From NCBI GenBank assembly GCA_045837725.1, contig JBEWZL010000284.1, forward strand, positions 62,001 to 101,035: DNA of 39,035 nt, given 5' to 3'. Under the pieces are notes generated by a model. It was not told the origin of the DNA. It saw only the letters and a program-made list of their open reading frames with translations, and did not search any database. Origin of the DNA: Vermamoeba vermiformis (lineage: Eukaryota). The translations under genes and the position numbers were made by a program. Positions 11,860-24,239 of the stretch are shown in pieces (the first letter of the stretch is position 1; each line of letters starts with the position of its first letter).

Positions 11860-13850
11860 CTATACAATAACGTACAATACAAACATAATTACAAGAGAAT
11901 AGACAGGTGTCATTGCACCTCCAATAGACTTTGCATCTGCTGGTTGTTGTGGTGTAGCGGTTTTACTGGGCGCAGCAGATCCAGGCACAGCAGCTGTTTG
12001 CGGCTGATTTTCGTTACTTGGCCCAGCACTAGGCACTTCGCTATTAACTGGCGATGACGAAGGCGGCGAGGAGGTGTTGGGCGGATCAATTGGAGAGGAG
12101 CTCGGAGTATCAATAGGACTAGCAACTGGAGCTTGCACCACCCGATCGCCATTCGCCTCGGATCCGGTCTCTTTCAAGCCAGACGAAACGAATCCTACGG
12201 TGCTCGAACCATCAGGATTGAGTACTTGGTTCATTAAGGTCGTGTTTGAAGCACTTTGAATGAAAGTTTGAACACTTTGGGAGGCGGAAGGTTCGCTGGT
12301 TCCAGATCCTGCACCAGCGATCTCGAGTTCGAGTGTGGCCAGATCTGCTTGATTGATCGATCGTTTAGCACCTCCACCATAAGTATATCCAATCACAATA
12401 ATTCGCGAAGGTGAGATCTGCAGCAGAGTAGCGATCGATTGTACAATGGTTGCTATCTCTGCATCCGTCAAATTTCGAGCAGCGGTGAATGTAACGGATA
12501 CTTTCAATGCTGCTGGACAAAGATTATTGATGTTGGCAGTATTAATGGTAAGTTGATGATCGTTTAAAGTCCACGTAGTCGTTTGTCCATCCCAAGGAAT
12601 CGAAAAAGCATTAACAGGGTAATATTCTGGTAGAAATTAGCAAGGATGAAATATTTTTTGTTATCACGTACGAGATCTGCCTGGTGCGAATGTCGTCAAT
12701 TGACCGCGATCTGCATCCCCTGGCGAGAAAGAGTTCTGGGGGCCTATATCAAACTGCTTGGACACACTTCCGAGATTATTATAGCCGAAATGAGCTATAT
12801 AAGAGCCTCCTCCTAAGTCTTCAAAGCACTCCAAAATTGGTACCAGACCAGTCGGCGCTGTACCGTACATTAACTTTCAAATTTTGTTCTATTTCTTTGT
12901 AATATCCTTACTAGCTGTAAAGTCCCACGTAGTTATTTCTTGCTGCATATATCCACCGCCAGTTGCACCGCTCAAGCCGAGGTAGTATTTCCCAGGCCCA
13001 AAGTACTGCGTAATGTCCAACGTGAAGGTTTGATCCGTTGCGGTAACTGGAGCTCTAATCTAATTAAGCATATCAAATTAATATCTTAAAATTGGTAGAA
13101 CAATAGTTTTAGCTACCCGGAAAGTGGATGGCGGGGAGTAGTCGATCCTAACGGTAAGCGGACCTGAGCATCGCCAAGACAACATATTCATGTCTTGCAG
13201 AAAAGGAACATTGTCGGCAGGGCCCATAGTCATGCCCACAGCGCTATATTACCAAGTTCAGTAAAAGCTTAAAAAGTTTGACTTCGTATAAATTGCAATA
13301 AAATCGAGTATCGATAAAAACTAATATTTCAATGAATATTTGGCTCTTTATAGTCGAATCAAAGACGTACTTTGCTTTGAACAGGATCTTGCCTTGCCAA
13401 ACGATAAAGCCTACTAACGCGATGCTAGTTTTTTCAGTTAGACCCAACGAGGATCCAAACGATACATCTTCGTTAGTATTAATTGACGGTGCAATGAAGA
13501 ACGCAAAACTAAAATAATAAAAAATTAATACTTTAATAACAGTCGCCTACGAGATCTTACCCGTCCGCTCCTCCAGACCAGACAATAGTGTCACAGCTCG
13601 TACTTTGGTATGTTAATGTGGTAGTGAATCCATCCAATACGTTTTGGGCCTCGCTCCAGTAAACAACAGATCCGGTACCTTGTTCGGCTAAGCTTAAAAT
13701 TACACTTCCTGTCGATATAGATCCGTTTCCTTGAAGTACGAAGTTATTTACAGGAATATTAGGAGCGGCGATGCTGAAATCCGCTATCGCGTGGTGCGTA
13801 AAGTAACCGAAAGTGAACAAAAATAAAATCCCTAAATTATATGACACCAT
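11860..13850 (-). CDS. Secreted, probably GPI-anchored multidomain protein (L-type legume-like lectin + uncharacterised PILEC...GY.N...FSP...DRGQ domain + SEA-like/mucin stalk); tandem copy A
   Basis: Six exons splice in frame. Signal peptide, then lectin motifs (FVLQGNG, DGFTTT, GGADGFAFF, YYLGLSGATGG..QEITTWDFT), then VPILECFEDLGGGSYIAHFGYNN..FSPGDADRGQLTTFAPGR, then a P/S/T-rich stalk and a hydrophobic C-terminus. Confidence 0.8.
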
Positions 13851-14114
13851 TTAGTGAATATTTACAGACTAAATGTGTCATTCATTGTACAAAATAAAAA
13901 AAAATGCGATTAACGTACGAACACATTTCTTTCCTCACGGATCCAAATTAGGAAAGAGCAGCCAAAGTTCACCTTTAGTACTAGTTCCATTGGATGCGTA
14001 GCAAGGATTTGATAGTTACTCGAATATGAGCAGTATTACATACCAAACAAAATCTCGAGGCCTGAGCTCCAAGAAGATCTAGCCTATTTTATGCCGATCG
14101 TACACGTCATTCAC

Positions 14115-16022
14115 CTATAGGAGGACTACAACCACCACTGCTACCACCAATGACATTACAGTTGACATCGAAGTTGCGAGCGAAACAGCTTTGGGCACAG
14201 TCGACGGCGCAGTGGTTGCAACAGGCTGTGCGACGGGCGATGTGACAGGTGGAGCGACAACAAGTGAGCCAGTGCCTTCAACGCCCGTTGACTTCGGATT
14301 CACCGATATGACTTCAATGGTGTTCTCGGTGCCCGGTGGATTGAGCACTTCATTTACAAGCGTGCTGTTCGATGCACTGTTGACGAACTTCTGAACACTT
14401 TCTGCGGCTGAAGGCTCGTTCTCCGTCTGCGAATCTGTGCCACTGATCTCGAGCTCGAGTGTGCCTTGCTGACTTTGCATTATAGATCGAGCAATTGGCA
14501 AGGAGATGATCACGTAATTGACACTGGTGACCGTGACACGCGTGGATGAAATTCCCAAGAAGTTGGCCAGGGACTGCACTATCGCATTGATCTGGGTATC
14601 GCTAAGATTCGCTGCAGTTGAGAAGACGATGACAATTTTAAGTGATTTGGGACAAAGAAAAGCTGTGTTGGCCGCGTTGAACCTCACAAAGTTTGATGTC
14701 AAGTTCCACGTCAATTCGGTTCCGTTCCATCCAAAGGAGAATGCACTTAACGGATAGCTTGCTACTCTAAACGTCAGTATGATGCATAATATATTCATCA
14801 CATATCATTTGAATTGCCAGTATTAGACTTACTGGATCTACCACTTTGGAAGGTTGTCGGTTGACCACGATCTTGCGGGTCTGGGGAGAAGCCGTTATTT
14901 GGGCCAACCTCATAAGAGAGCGGTGCTGTCGTTGGGTTTCGATAGCCCATGTATGCTACATATGTGTCTTTGTTGGCTGGCTTTTCGTAGCACTCCAGAA
15001 TAGGAATGACCTCTGGGGGTGGCGGAACTGAAATTGGTCTCAATTAGCACTTGTAGCGTAATGATATATCTAGTCTTCGGCGTACCACCAGTGAATTCCC
15101 AGGAGGTAATTGTTTGTTTCATGAACGCCTGACCAGTCGCAGCACTTAAGCCGACGTACAACTGCGAATAGGGATCAAAATAGTTCCTCAAGTCCATAGT
15201 GATGGATTCATTGAGATTTGTAGTGTTGCTCGTTATCTACGCGATTATTAGTTCATATTCTTGTAATACTGTTAAGAGTTTTGAACGTACGCGGAAAGTT
15301 GGAGGAGCGTACTCGATTTGAACGTAGATCCCGGGAGAATAACACCGCCATCCAGATACAATAGCATTAACAGCTGTATAACCTGCGCGGGGACCCAGAA
15401 TAGCTTCAGTTCTGTGGCGGAGGAAAAGATTAAATATGAACTTTAAAAAAGAATTATTCTATAAACCAAATTAAAGATGATTAAAGTGCATCTTCGGATG
15501 TGGAAACTACATAGAGTTAATATAGATAACTTACGTTGCTTTGTAAACTATTTTATCGTTCAACAGATCAAATCCGACCATTGCAATATTCGTTTTATTC
15601 GCTAGGCCTAATGTTCCTCCTGTAGATAATGTTTCTGAGGTATTAATTGACGAGGCGAAGAAAAATGAGAAGCTGTCAAAATAAAAAATTATTAATTATT
15701 CTTTGGGATCGCGCAGTCTTGCTTACCCGTCTCCGCCGCCATAATAGGGAACCACATCGCAATCCGTGCTTATGTATAATATAGTAGCTTTGAAGCCATG
15801 TTGAACATCTTGTGCGTATTTCCAATAGACAATAGATGAGGTTGCTTGCTGGTTCAACGACAGAATTATGTCTGTTGTTGACACAGAGCCATTTCCTTGA
15901 AATACTAGATTATCTACTGGAATACTTGGGGTTGAAATAGTGAAGTCAGCTGTAACTAGAACAGATGCGCAACAAATATATAAAAACAAAATCTGTAAAG
16001 CGACGCTTAAGTCTGGGGTCAT
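14115..16022 (-). CDS. Paralogue of the preceding lectin + uncharacterised-domain GPI protein; tandem copy B (alternative ATG at 16043)
   Basis: Same architecture: ADFTISTPSIPVDNLVFQGNG, GGGDG, LYVGLSAATGQAFMKQTITSWEFT, VIPILECYE..YVAYMGYRN..FSPDPQDRGQPTTFQSGR, stalk, and terminal MSLVVAVVVVVLL. Confidence 0.8.
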
Positions 16023-16321
16023 TTTTTTTCGAAAAGACCTCATGTTGTGGCTGTAAGGTTGAGAATTAGAACTGCTGAGGAAAAGGGCAACTTTTTGTAT
16101 CCAAATTTTGATATTTTGACACCTTCAGAGCGGATCGACGAATTAAATCTGAATGATGGATAGTTCAGAAGCAGCGTAAAGGGATTCAGCGTAGAATAGT
16201 ACTGCGGATCTATAATCTATTGGTAAGATTTATTATTCTTCTATGTACATTGTTAAATTAATTTATATAGTTCTATATATTATAGGTACTTAGTTATTTG
16301 TATTTACAACGCGGATCTCGT

Positions 16322-17689
16322 CTATTTATGGTGCTTCTTTTTCTTGTGCTTGCTAGGGGTTTGTTGGATCACAACTGGCGACGAGGCTTCGGCACCTGCT
16401 TCATTCATTATGGCGCCTTCATCATCAAAAGTAGGCTTAGCATCAACTACAACAACGCCAGTTTCAACAGTCTCGTCAGTCTCAGCTCCTATGATTCAAA
16501 TACAAGTCAGTACGCGATTTTATCAATTTTATTTGTATGTTTATATTAATATTATCCATGGAAGAATAGCGATTTGAGTATTATATATCTTATATTGGGG
16601 ATACTTACGGATAGCAGCGTTCAAGTTGACAACAATATCGTCGACTTGGTTTCTGAAGTCTTGCATGGCGCGCTTATCATTAGGAGAAGGGAATCTGTCC
16701 TCCAATTGACTGAACATGTTCTTAATAACCTCAAGGCTACCAACAGTCTCGGTTTCGATCTCTTGGTGAGCGCGGACCTTCTCTTCCATTTGGCGCAACA
16801 AGGCCTTTTCTTTGGTGGATCGCATTGAGGCCCAGAGAAGAGTGCCCAAGAACAAGAGGGTCTCTAAGCCGACCCAGAACAAGTTTGAAGGGTCGTTCCA
16901 GAAGGCTTGAACGGGACCTTGAGTGAACTCGTCTTCAGCTATAAGATGAGCATTAATGACCTCGCAAAGTTTGCCACGTCGAATTTTCGGCGGATGGGCC
17001 AAGTACTTACAGACAGTAGCGGGCTTAGGAGCCAAGTTCTTGTTGAGATCTTGCTTGGCTTGGTTGTACTTTTGTTCCCAGTCCTTGGCGTTTTCGTTAG
17101 CTTCGGAAAGCTTACGATCCCATCTCTTGCGCTCGGTTTCGACGACTTGTTCGATGAGCTTTTCAACATCTTCATCGCTCATTCGACGCGAGGCTTCGTC
17201 TTTAGAGCCGCTTGTATCGCGATCGCTTTGACGCGAAGATTGTTGGTTTTGGCTTTGATCGGGTTGATCTTGGCGAGAGGATCCTTCGCCCTTACCCTTG
17301 CCTTGCGTACCTGAGGTATCCCCTCCATACGCTGGCCCTTTATTACTCTCTTGATCGATTCCTGAGAGGTGTTGTTGTCCATCTTGTTGAGATTTCGAAG
17401 GCAGCTCGTCGAGAACTTCTGTGTTGGCAGTCGTCACTACGGTAGTTTTTTCTAATGAAATTATTGGCAATTAATAAGTTTATTACAAAAGAATAATCAG
17501 AATAAAGAATAAATATTGTAGATGTGCAGAATTGAAAAACATTTATAAATCACCAGAGCCTTCAATAAATAAACTAAACTTACCAATTTGAGCTGGAGGA
17601 AGGGGTTGTTGTGGTGGTAAAAATAAAGAGCCAATAAAAGCTGCTGCAAGAGCAACTGTGACAGTGGCACGGGTGTATAGCGCGTTCAT
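16322..17689 (-). CDS. Hypothetical membrane protein (N-terminal hydrophobic segment, Q/S/D-rich linker, coiled coil, one internal TM helix, second coiled coil, basic tail)
   Basis: Exons 17689-17584 (MNALYTRATVTVALAAAFIGSLFL..), ~17452-16609 and 16488-16322 (..KHKKKKHHK*) join in frame. TM segment LFWVGLETLLFLGTLLWA. No family recognised. Confidence 0.75.
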
Positions 17690-18057
17690 TGCTGGATGTG
17701 ATCGCTATACGTTAATAAATATCTTAAAATATTGTTGTCTTTCTGTAGAACTCGATTTGAAGAATGACGAAGTGCTGCGGGCTCAAATAATAAGCAAAGT
17801 GTCTCGTCACCAAAAAACGCGCGAAATTTTGTCTAAATTCACCATAATTACAAGCGGACAACCTTGTCCTCGCGCTAGCAAATTTTGTTAATAGGCATTG
17901 CTAGGGTTACTAAATCTTGCCAATTACCCACCGGACATCGTTTCACTTGACGATCTGGATCTGCAAGATCTGCTTGTATGCTGGAATTAACTCTTTATTA
18001 CGGAGTCAATTACAATTAAACTTAGTATTTGTAACGATGCCTTCTTATGGTCCATAT

Positions 18058-20486
18058 TTAGTGAGGGTATCTAGGATCGTGGCGGCGCTTTCTCTCGGGA
18101 GCCTTAATAATTTCATCGATACGCAAAATCATTTCAGCGGCTTCAGCGGCAGACATCAAGATCTGCATCTTAACCTTCAAAGACTCCTTAATGCCCATGC
18201 TGGCCATATCACCGATCTCTCCGGTCTCCATGTTCAAACCAGCGTGCACCTTGCCTTCGTAGTGGGCAGCCTTCAATTGAGAAACCAATTCTGAGCTGTC
18301 GTAACCAGCGTTGTCAGCCAAAATCGTGGGGATCATACGCAAAGCTCTGTATAACATCATTAGTACTGAAGTCGATGATAGATTAGATCCGATCTGAGGT
18401 TTTCGATTACATTCTACAGCATTGTAGAGGTTAAAATATAGTAGTAACGGTACATACCTAGCAAAGGCTTCAATAGCAAGCAATTTCTTGCCCGGGGTTT
18501 TCTTGGCCAACTCTTCGACAGCTTGGGCCATGATCGATTCAACGCATCCACCACCGTACACGGTGCGAGTTTCTTTAGTGGTTTGAGTCAAGACGCACAA
18601 AGCATCGTGCAATGATCGCTCAGCTTCGTCCAAAATGTGCTTAGTGGCACCGCGCAAGACGATAGTGCAAGCCTCGCCGCGTTCAACACCGCTGAACTTG
18701 ATAACCTTGTCTTCACCAATCATAATCTCTTCAATCAATTTGCAGTGACCGAGCTTGACACGTTCGGGGTTGTCGAAGGTAGAAACGATCTCACCACCAG
18801 TGACAAAGGCAAGACGCTCAATGCCTTCAAAGTCAGCGTGTTCAATGGCCATCACACCGTGGTCGGCGAAGTATTGTTCGGGCAAGTTGTAGATCAACTG
18901 TCTGTTGATAAAGCAGTTGATTTGATGGTTGACAATCTTCTCGCACTTGGCAAGCATGCGGTCCTAAGGAAAACAATTCTGTTAGGTGGATTCGGTATTG
19001 CATTTTCTAGATCTCCGTTACATGAATTCTGTTATTATAAATAATATAAAGCGCACGTATATAATAATTCAACACAGCTTTTGTAATCAACTTACACGCT
19101 CAGCCTTCTCAATCTTAGCCAATTCAGCGGGCGAATCCACTTGGACCTTGGCACTGTAGATCTTGACTTTATCGTTGTCCATAGCAGTGTTGGCCAACAA
19201 AATCTTAGCGTTTTCAATACGCTTAGGTTGACCGACACCGATCTTCTTCTCCAAAATAAAACCTTCGTCCAAGAATGAATCTTCTAATGACCCACCAACC
19301 TTCTTAATAATATGAATCATTTGTAAATCAGTGCTGCCCTTCAATCTCATCACTGCATCGACGGCCAACTTGGCGAAGTGGTCCATGTGAGTAGAGTTCT
19401 GGCCCAAAATCTTCGAGCCCAAAGTGGTACGAGCGATCTGCAACAGATCTTGTTTGAATTTTTCTGTTTAAGAAGAACCGTTAGTATATTAATGTTATTG
19501 CAATATTAAGCCACAAAAGTCCAACTCTCTGTTCGATACGAGCAGATCTAGATCGTGTAACACGGGTGTTTGCGTACCTTTATCTGAAGAATTATCAGTA
19601 GAAGACTTGACCAAAGCCTCGCGAGCAACATCGACGGCCATTCTCCAACCTATATTGATAATATTAGCACATTCGCTCCTATTATAAGCACAGAAAATTT
19701 GACGGATGTGACCTACCTTCGATGATGGTTTGAGGGTGGATCTTTTGGAACATAAGCTTCTCGGCTTCACGGAGGAGCTCACCAGTCAATACACAAACAC
19801 TGGTAGTACCGTCACCGACTTCATCGTCTTGTGTTTTGGAAATATCGACCAAGATCTGCGATCGAGCGGTCAGTCTTGTTAAACGATAACAAGTAATTTT
19901 TGTGATCGTAGAATATCCTTATATGAATATTCGTGATCGCTTGCAAATGTTTGTCGAGACTTACCTTGGCAGCAGGATTCGAAACGTGAATCGACTTCAA
20001 AATGGTAGCACCGTCATTAGTAACTTGAAGTTCATTGAATCGAGCGCCATCACTGGAGGGTTGCAAAATTTTATCCTGCATGGTATTAGTTAAATTGGTT
20101 GTTATACGCCTTTGTCATAATAAATCCAGCAGAAAAATTATTATTCGCTGTAAATTAATAAATGAAGCCAGAAAAATATGCTTACTTGTCCTTTCGGTCC
20201 CAAAGTGGTTTTCAAAAGGTCTGTAACGGCAAGAACACCAACAAACAAACGCTATCAATTATAAAAAATTATTATCAGTTCGATCCAATAATTATTATTC
20301 AAATCTCTCGTACGTTTCGTGCTTCCTCTCCCTTCTCTTCCTTAGTATCTTGTTGGAAAATGTTCACTCCTCCTCCTTGGGGAACGTTATCCTCTCTGCT
20401 TTGAAATTGCTCCTGATGCAGATCGGACAGTTAGTATCGGATTCATTCGATAGCTTCCGTCCAATTATTAATATTACCTCCGACAT
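18058..20486 (-). CDS. CCT2: T-complex protein 1 subunit beta (chaperonin CCT2)
   Basis: Multi-exon gene with a 9-nt first exon (MSE). Motifs [82 protein letters not shown] and [23 protein letters not shown] are diagnostic of the beta subunit. Confidence 0.97.
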
Positions 20487-20634
20487 ATTGTTTGTTGTGG
20501 GTTAGTGTAACAAGAACGACGAAAGTGAGAGCAGCCGCGAAAAAGGTTTTGGCATTCGAGATCTCCCAAAGATAAGAATTTCTGCTCTATTTTCGATCTT
20601 AAAATATACTCGTGAAGAGACGTGACGTTATTAT

Positions 20635-23380
20635 TTACAATACAGTATTTGAAACACCTGTTTGAGCCACATCTGGTACTTTCTGGTTCTTAATGTACGC
20701 AGCACTCTTCGCAGCCTGTTGGTCGTTGTACTTCTTAATGTCTTCGTCAGTAGCTAATTCAAATATAGGCAAGTGGTCCAATGTCGCAGTGATGGTATGC
20801 CAGTCGCCTCCTTTGAACACCGCACCAGATGAGACTTCTTTCCACGAGTTGTTCGGGAATGGTAGATATACATATCGCAAGAATTGGCCTTGCTTAATTA
20901 TAGGAGCTACAACCTGCAAGTTTGGACGTTAGCACAAATCCAAAAGAGATCTTATTATTGAACAAGTACGCACCACTCTGTCGCCTAGAACGAACTGATC
21001 ACCAATGGTATACGTTTTCTTATCATTAGGGGCGAGCCAATACATAGGGCGGACAATAGGCCATCCTGTCTGCATTGCTTCCTTGGCCAACTGAACGATG
21101 AGATCCGCGTACTTTTGATGCCATTCTACCGCTTTCAAACATAGTTGCGCACATTCTGCATCAAATGTCCACGGCGCGATGGAGAACTGCATCGAAGGCA
21201 ACAAAGCATTGGCTTGTGCCCATCGTACCATCAGTTCTTTTGTGGGTCTAAACACACGTGTCAGACAGCTATTTGCCAAAAAAAAAGAACTAATTTGCTC
21301 GGACTTACGGTTGGCCCCAGTCATTTCCACCAATCATGTCGGGCAATACAAATGGATACCCAAGCACTCCGAGAGTCAGAGCTCCCGTTAAAACGCTTTC
21401 GAGTCCATTGTCCAGACCCCAGATCGAGGCTTTGTCCCATTGTCTCATCTGAACTTAGTGAGTAAACATTACTGTGCACATAATGTACTTACCAAGTGAT
21501 GGCTATTCTGTGAATTATATCCCGTTCGAACTTCACCACACGCGAATTGATTTGCCAGTTCTACCCACTTCGTGCTGTAGTAATTCTTATTGTACATCGT
21601 GTCATTATTACTATAAGCGGCTGCATTGTTCGTTCTGTCGAGGAAATTGGACTCGCCTACATAAATAGATATTAATATATATCGTAGGATCTGACTCGTG
21701 CCGGCACTTACCTCCATCGAACTTGAACCCGTCAATGCCTATGTCCTTTTGCATCTTCTTCAGTCTGCTAACAAACCACTCTACAGCCTCGTTATTCGTA
21801 ACATCCAATATATAACATGTTCCCTAAGGGCTTACGTTAGTGCTGAGACTGAAAGAAAATTTTTCATTTAGATCCTTACGTTCCACCACTTGCTTTGTGC
21901 TGGCTTGGACGGATCAGCACTATCTTTGACCCAATATCCTTTGACTCGGCCTTCTTGGTAAGCTTTGCTAGTCTCTTCAGCGAAAGGCGTCACCCAAAGA
22001 GTCACTTTGAAGCCAAGATCGTGGAGCTGATCCACCATCTTTTTGGGGTCTGAAGAGCGTTAATTGGTTAGCAACGAATACACCGCACGCACGGTATAAG
22101 TTCGTACTCACCCGGAAATAACGTGGAGTTGAACTCGAGATCTCCGTGTGCACTCGACCATTTATCGTCGATTTCCATAACTGAATACGGATATTTGTTC
22201 GATATAATTTCTTTAGCGAATTCTAAGACTTTGTTTTGGTTGATATCGGTCTTGTATCTCGCCCACGTGGTCCAAATCGGAGATCTGAGTAAATACTCCT
22301 CGGGCGTGCTTTTCGGCTTATTTAGAGCGGCTAATTGTTTCTTCTGAGCTTCCATAGGATTATCATACGCTGCTATTTGATATTTCATAATTATCGGCTA
22401 TGGTTGAAAGTGATCAGATCAAGTTGGAATTTTAGTAATAAAATTAGCTACTTACATTCGTGTGTGTAGGATACGTAGGCTTATTCTTCTCATTGAATAC
22501 AATTTTCAGGCAAAATAGACCATCGCCATCGTTTTGATTGAAAACGGGGTAAGGCGCGGCAGACTGACAATAGAATGGTTAGCACGATTGAAAATGTTCA
22601 TAATAACTGATGATGGCAACTACGGAACATATTATACGGAAATTTATCGTTAAAACAACGAATCAATCGCTTCCGATCCGCAATCGGTAATTCAACTTAC
22701 TTTACCAGAAAATTCGTGGCCAGTGTTATATTCGTTCATGCTAATGCTTATAAGGTACTTCGGATCGGCTACTATCGATGCCCCCGTTGAAGTAGTCCAC
22801 ATTGGTTGGACTACAGTGTTGATCCCTAAAAATATTTCCGAATTTAGATAAACAATTGTAGTAAACATGAATCGGCATGTTTAGGCCGTATACCTGAAGG
22901 AGCATTATCCCATGTTTGTAATGGTGCAGTATTTAAGTGCAGAGACTCGATGGGCCAATGTTGTCGGACCAATTCCGCTCCTCCAAACCAATTCACGCCA
23001 CTAGCCAGTACAAAAGCGTCGCACACGACCAACTCGTCAGTAGTGTTCACGTCTATTAAATTCCACTCGAAATCGAAGCCTTCGGTGTCTGCTTGACGAA
23101 TTTTCAAGCTCGTGTTCCTCCAGATCAAGTCGAATCCTTTAGTCGTCTTAAAATTGTCGCCATATTTAATCTGAAATTGAGGCGTATCTGTCTGATGCTT
23201 TCCAACGAGCCATTTCAGCGCTAGCCTTGATTGGCGTCGATCAAATAATAAAATTTCAATTTTGCCGGTCCGTCGATCTGGAAAAACTTTAACATGAATG
23301 TCATTGAGCTCAGCCTTATCTGGTAGCGTAAATAGGGCTGGACGGCCGTCGATTGGCAGGTTTGACATGTAGTTCTGCAT
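20635..23380 (-). CDS. Glycoside hydrolase family 31, MYORG/NET37-like; 5' end uncertain
   Basis: Multi-exon gene. PIWTTWARYKTDINQNKVLEFA, EIDDKW, FPDPKKMVDQLHDLGFKVTLWVTPF, GIDGFKFDGGE (nucleophile), FVLPDMIGGN (acid/base), WAQANALLPSMQFSIAPW, PIVRPMYW, DQFVLGD. Confidence 0.9.
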
Positions 23381-24239
23381 CGTTGACTAAAGCAGGATTA
23401 CGAATAGAAATAGGATCGAGAGAACTACCTGAAAATAAATAAAGGTTAATTTTCTAAATAATGTCAGAGTGCTTGACGTAATATTTTCGAAAAATCGCAA
23501 CGTGAGCGAGTGTTTGTTAACGAATCTTGTTGATTTTGAGAGTTATTTGAACCGACATCCGAACGAAAATCTTACGCTTTTTTGCTTACTTTTATAATAT
23601 AAATAGCAACGCCTTGCACGTATTATCTATTACGAATCTACTACTGCTGTGTATCCTCTGGTGTTAGGTGTAAAATGTCTAGAATGGAAAATAAAATCGA
23701 TTATACGATGTTTCTAGAAGCGAGCAACACTTTTTATTTGTAAATAATAGCTAGTATTCACTCTGTTGATGATTTGCAAGCCCGAGTATGCACGAGGGAC
23801 ATCACACAAAGTGGCTGTTACGCCGCAAGCGGAAGCATCCGCACCAATTAAAGTTATCAACGAAATTAACCCCGAAAATAAGGTAAAAAAATGCCCAAAA
23901 TAGTCTCGAACAAATAGGCTAATTACGAACGTGGCAGTCGCATTAGATCGACACAAATTTTTTAAATTCCACATGAAAAAGACATAAATTTGGTTGAACC
24001 TTTCTACTACGGCATTCCCAGTGTTTGCTGACGCTATAATAAGCAATTTTTTGGTCGCGTTGATTCGGCGCACATTAATTATCGGATCTCTCAGTCAAAT
24101 TTTAACGAATTTCCCTATGAAAATCAATTTATTTTTTGATACTCGAATACACCTGTTCCGCAGCACGATGGTGAAAAAACTATTTATTGGGATAATTTCT
24201 CTTTATTTTGTATTTCCTAACGACTAAGACACAACTAAA

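Noticed and set aside
18347-18457. Apparent 37-aa insertion in the CCT2 ORF (YVPLLLYF...MMLYR)
   Set aside because: It is a stop-free 111-nt GT-AG intron, and removing it restores [13 protein letters not shown].
23714-24227. 119-aa and 77-aa ORFs between the GH31 and HIPL genes
   Set aside because: AT-rich divergent promoter region with no recognisable motifs or consistent splice structure.
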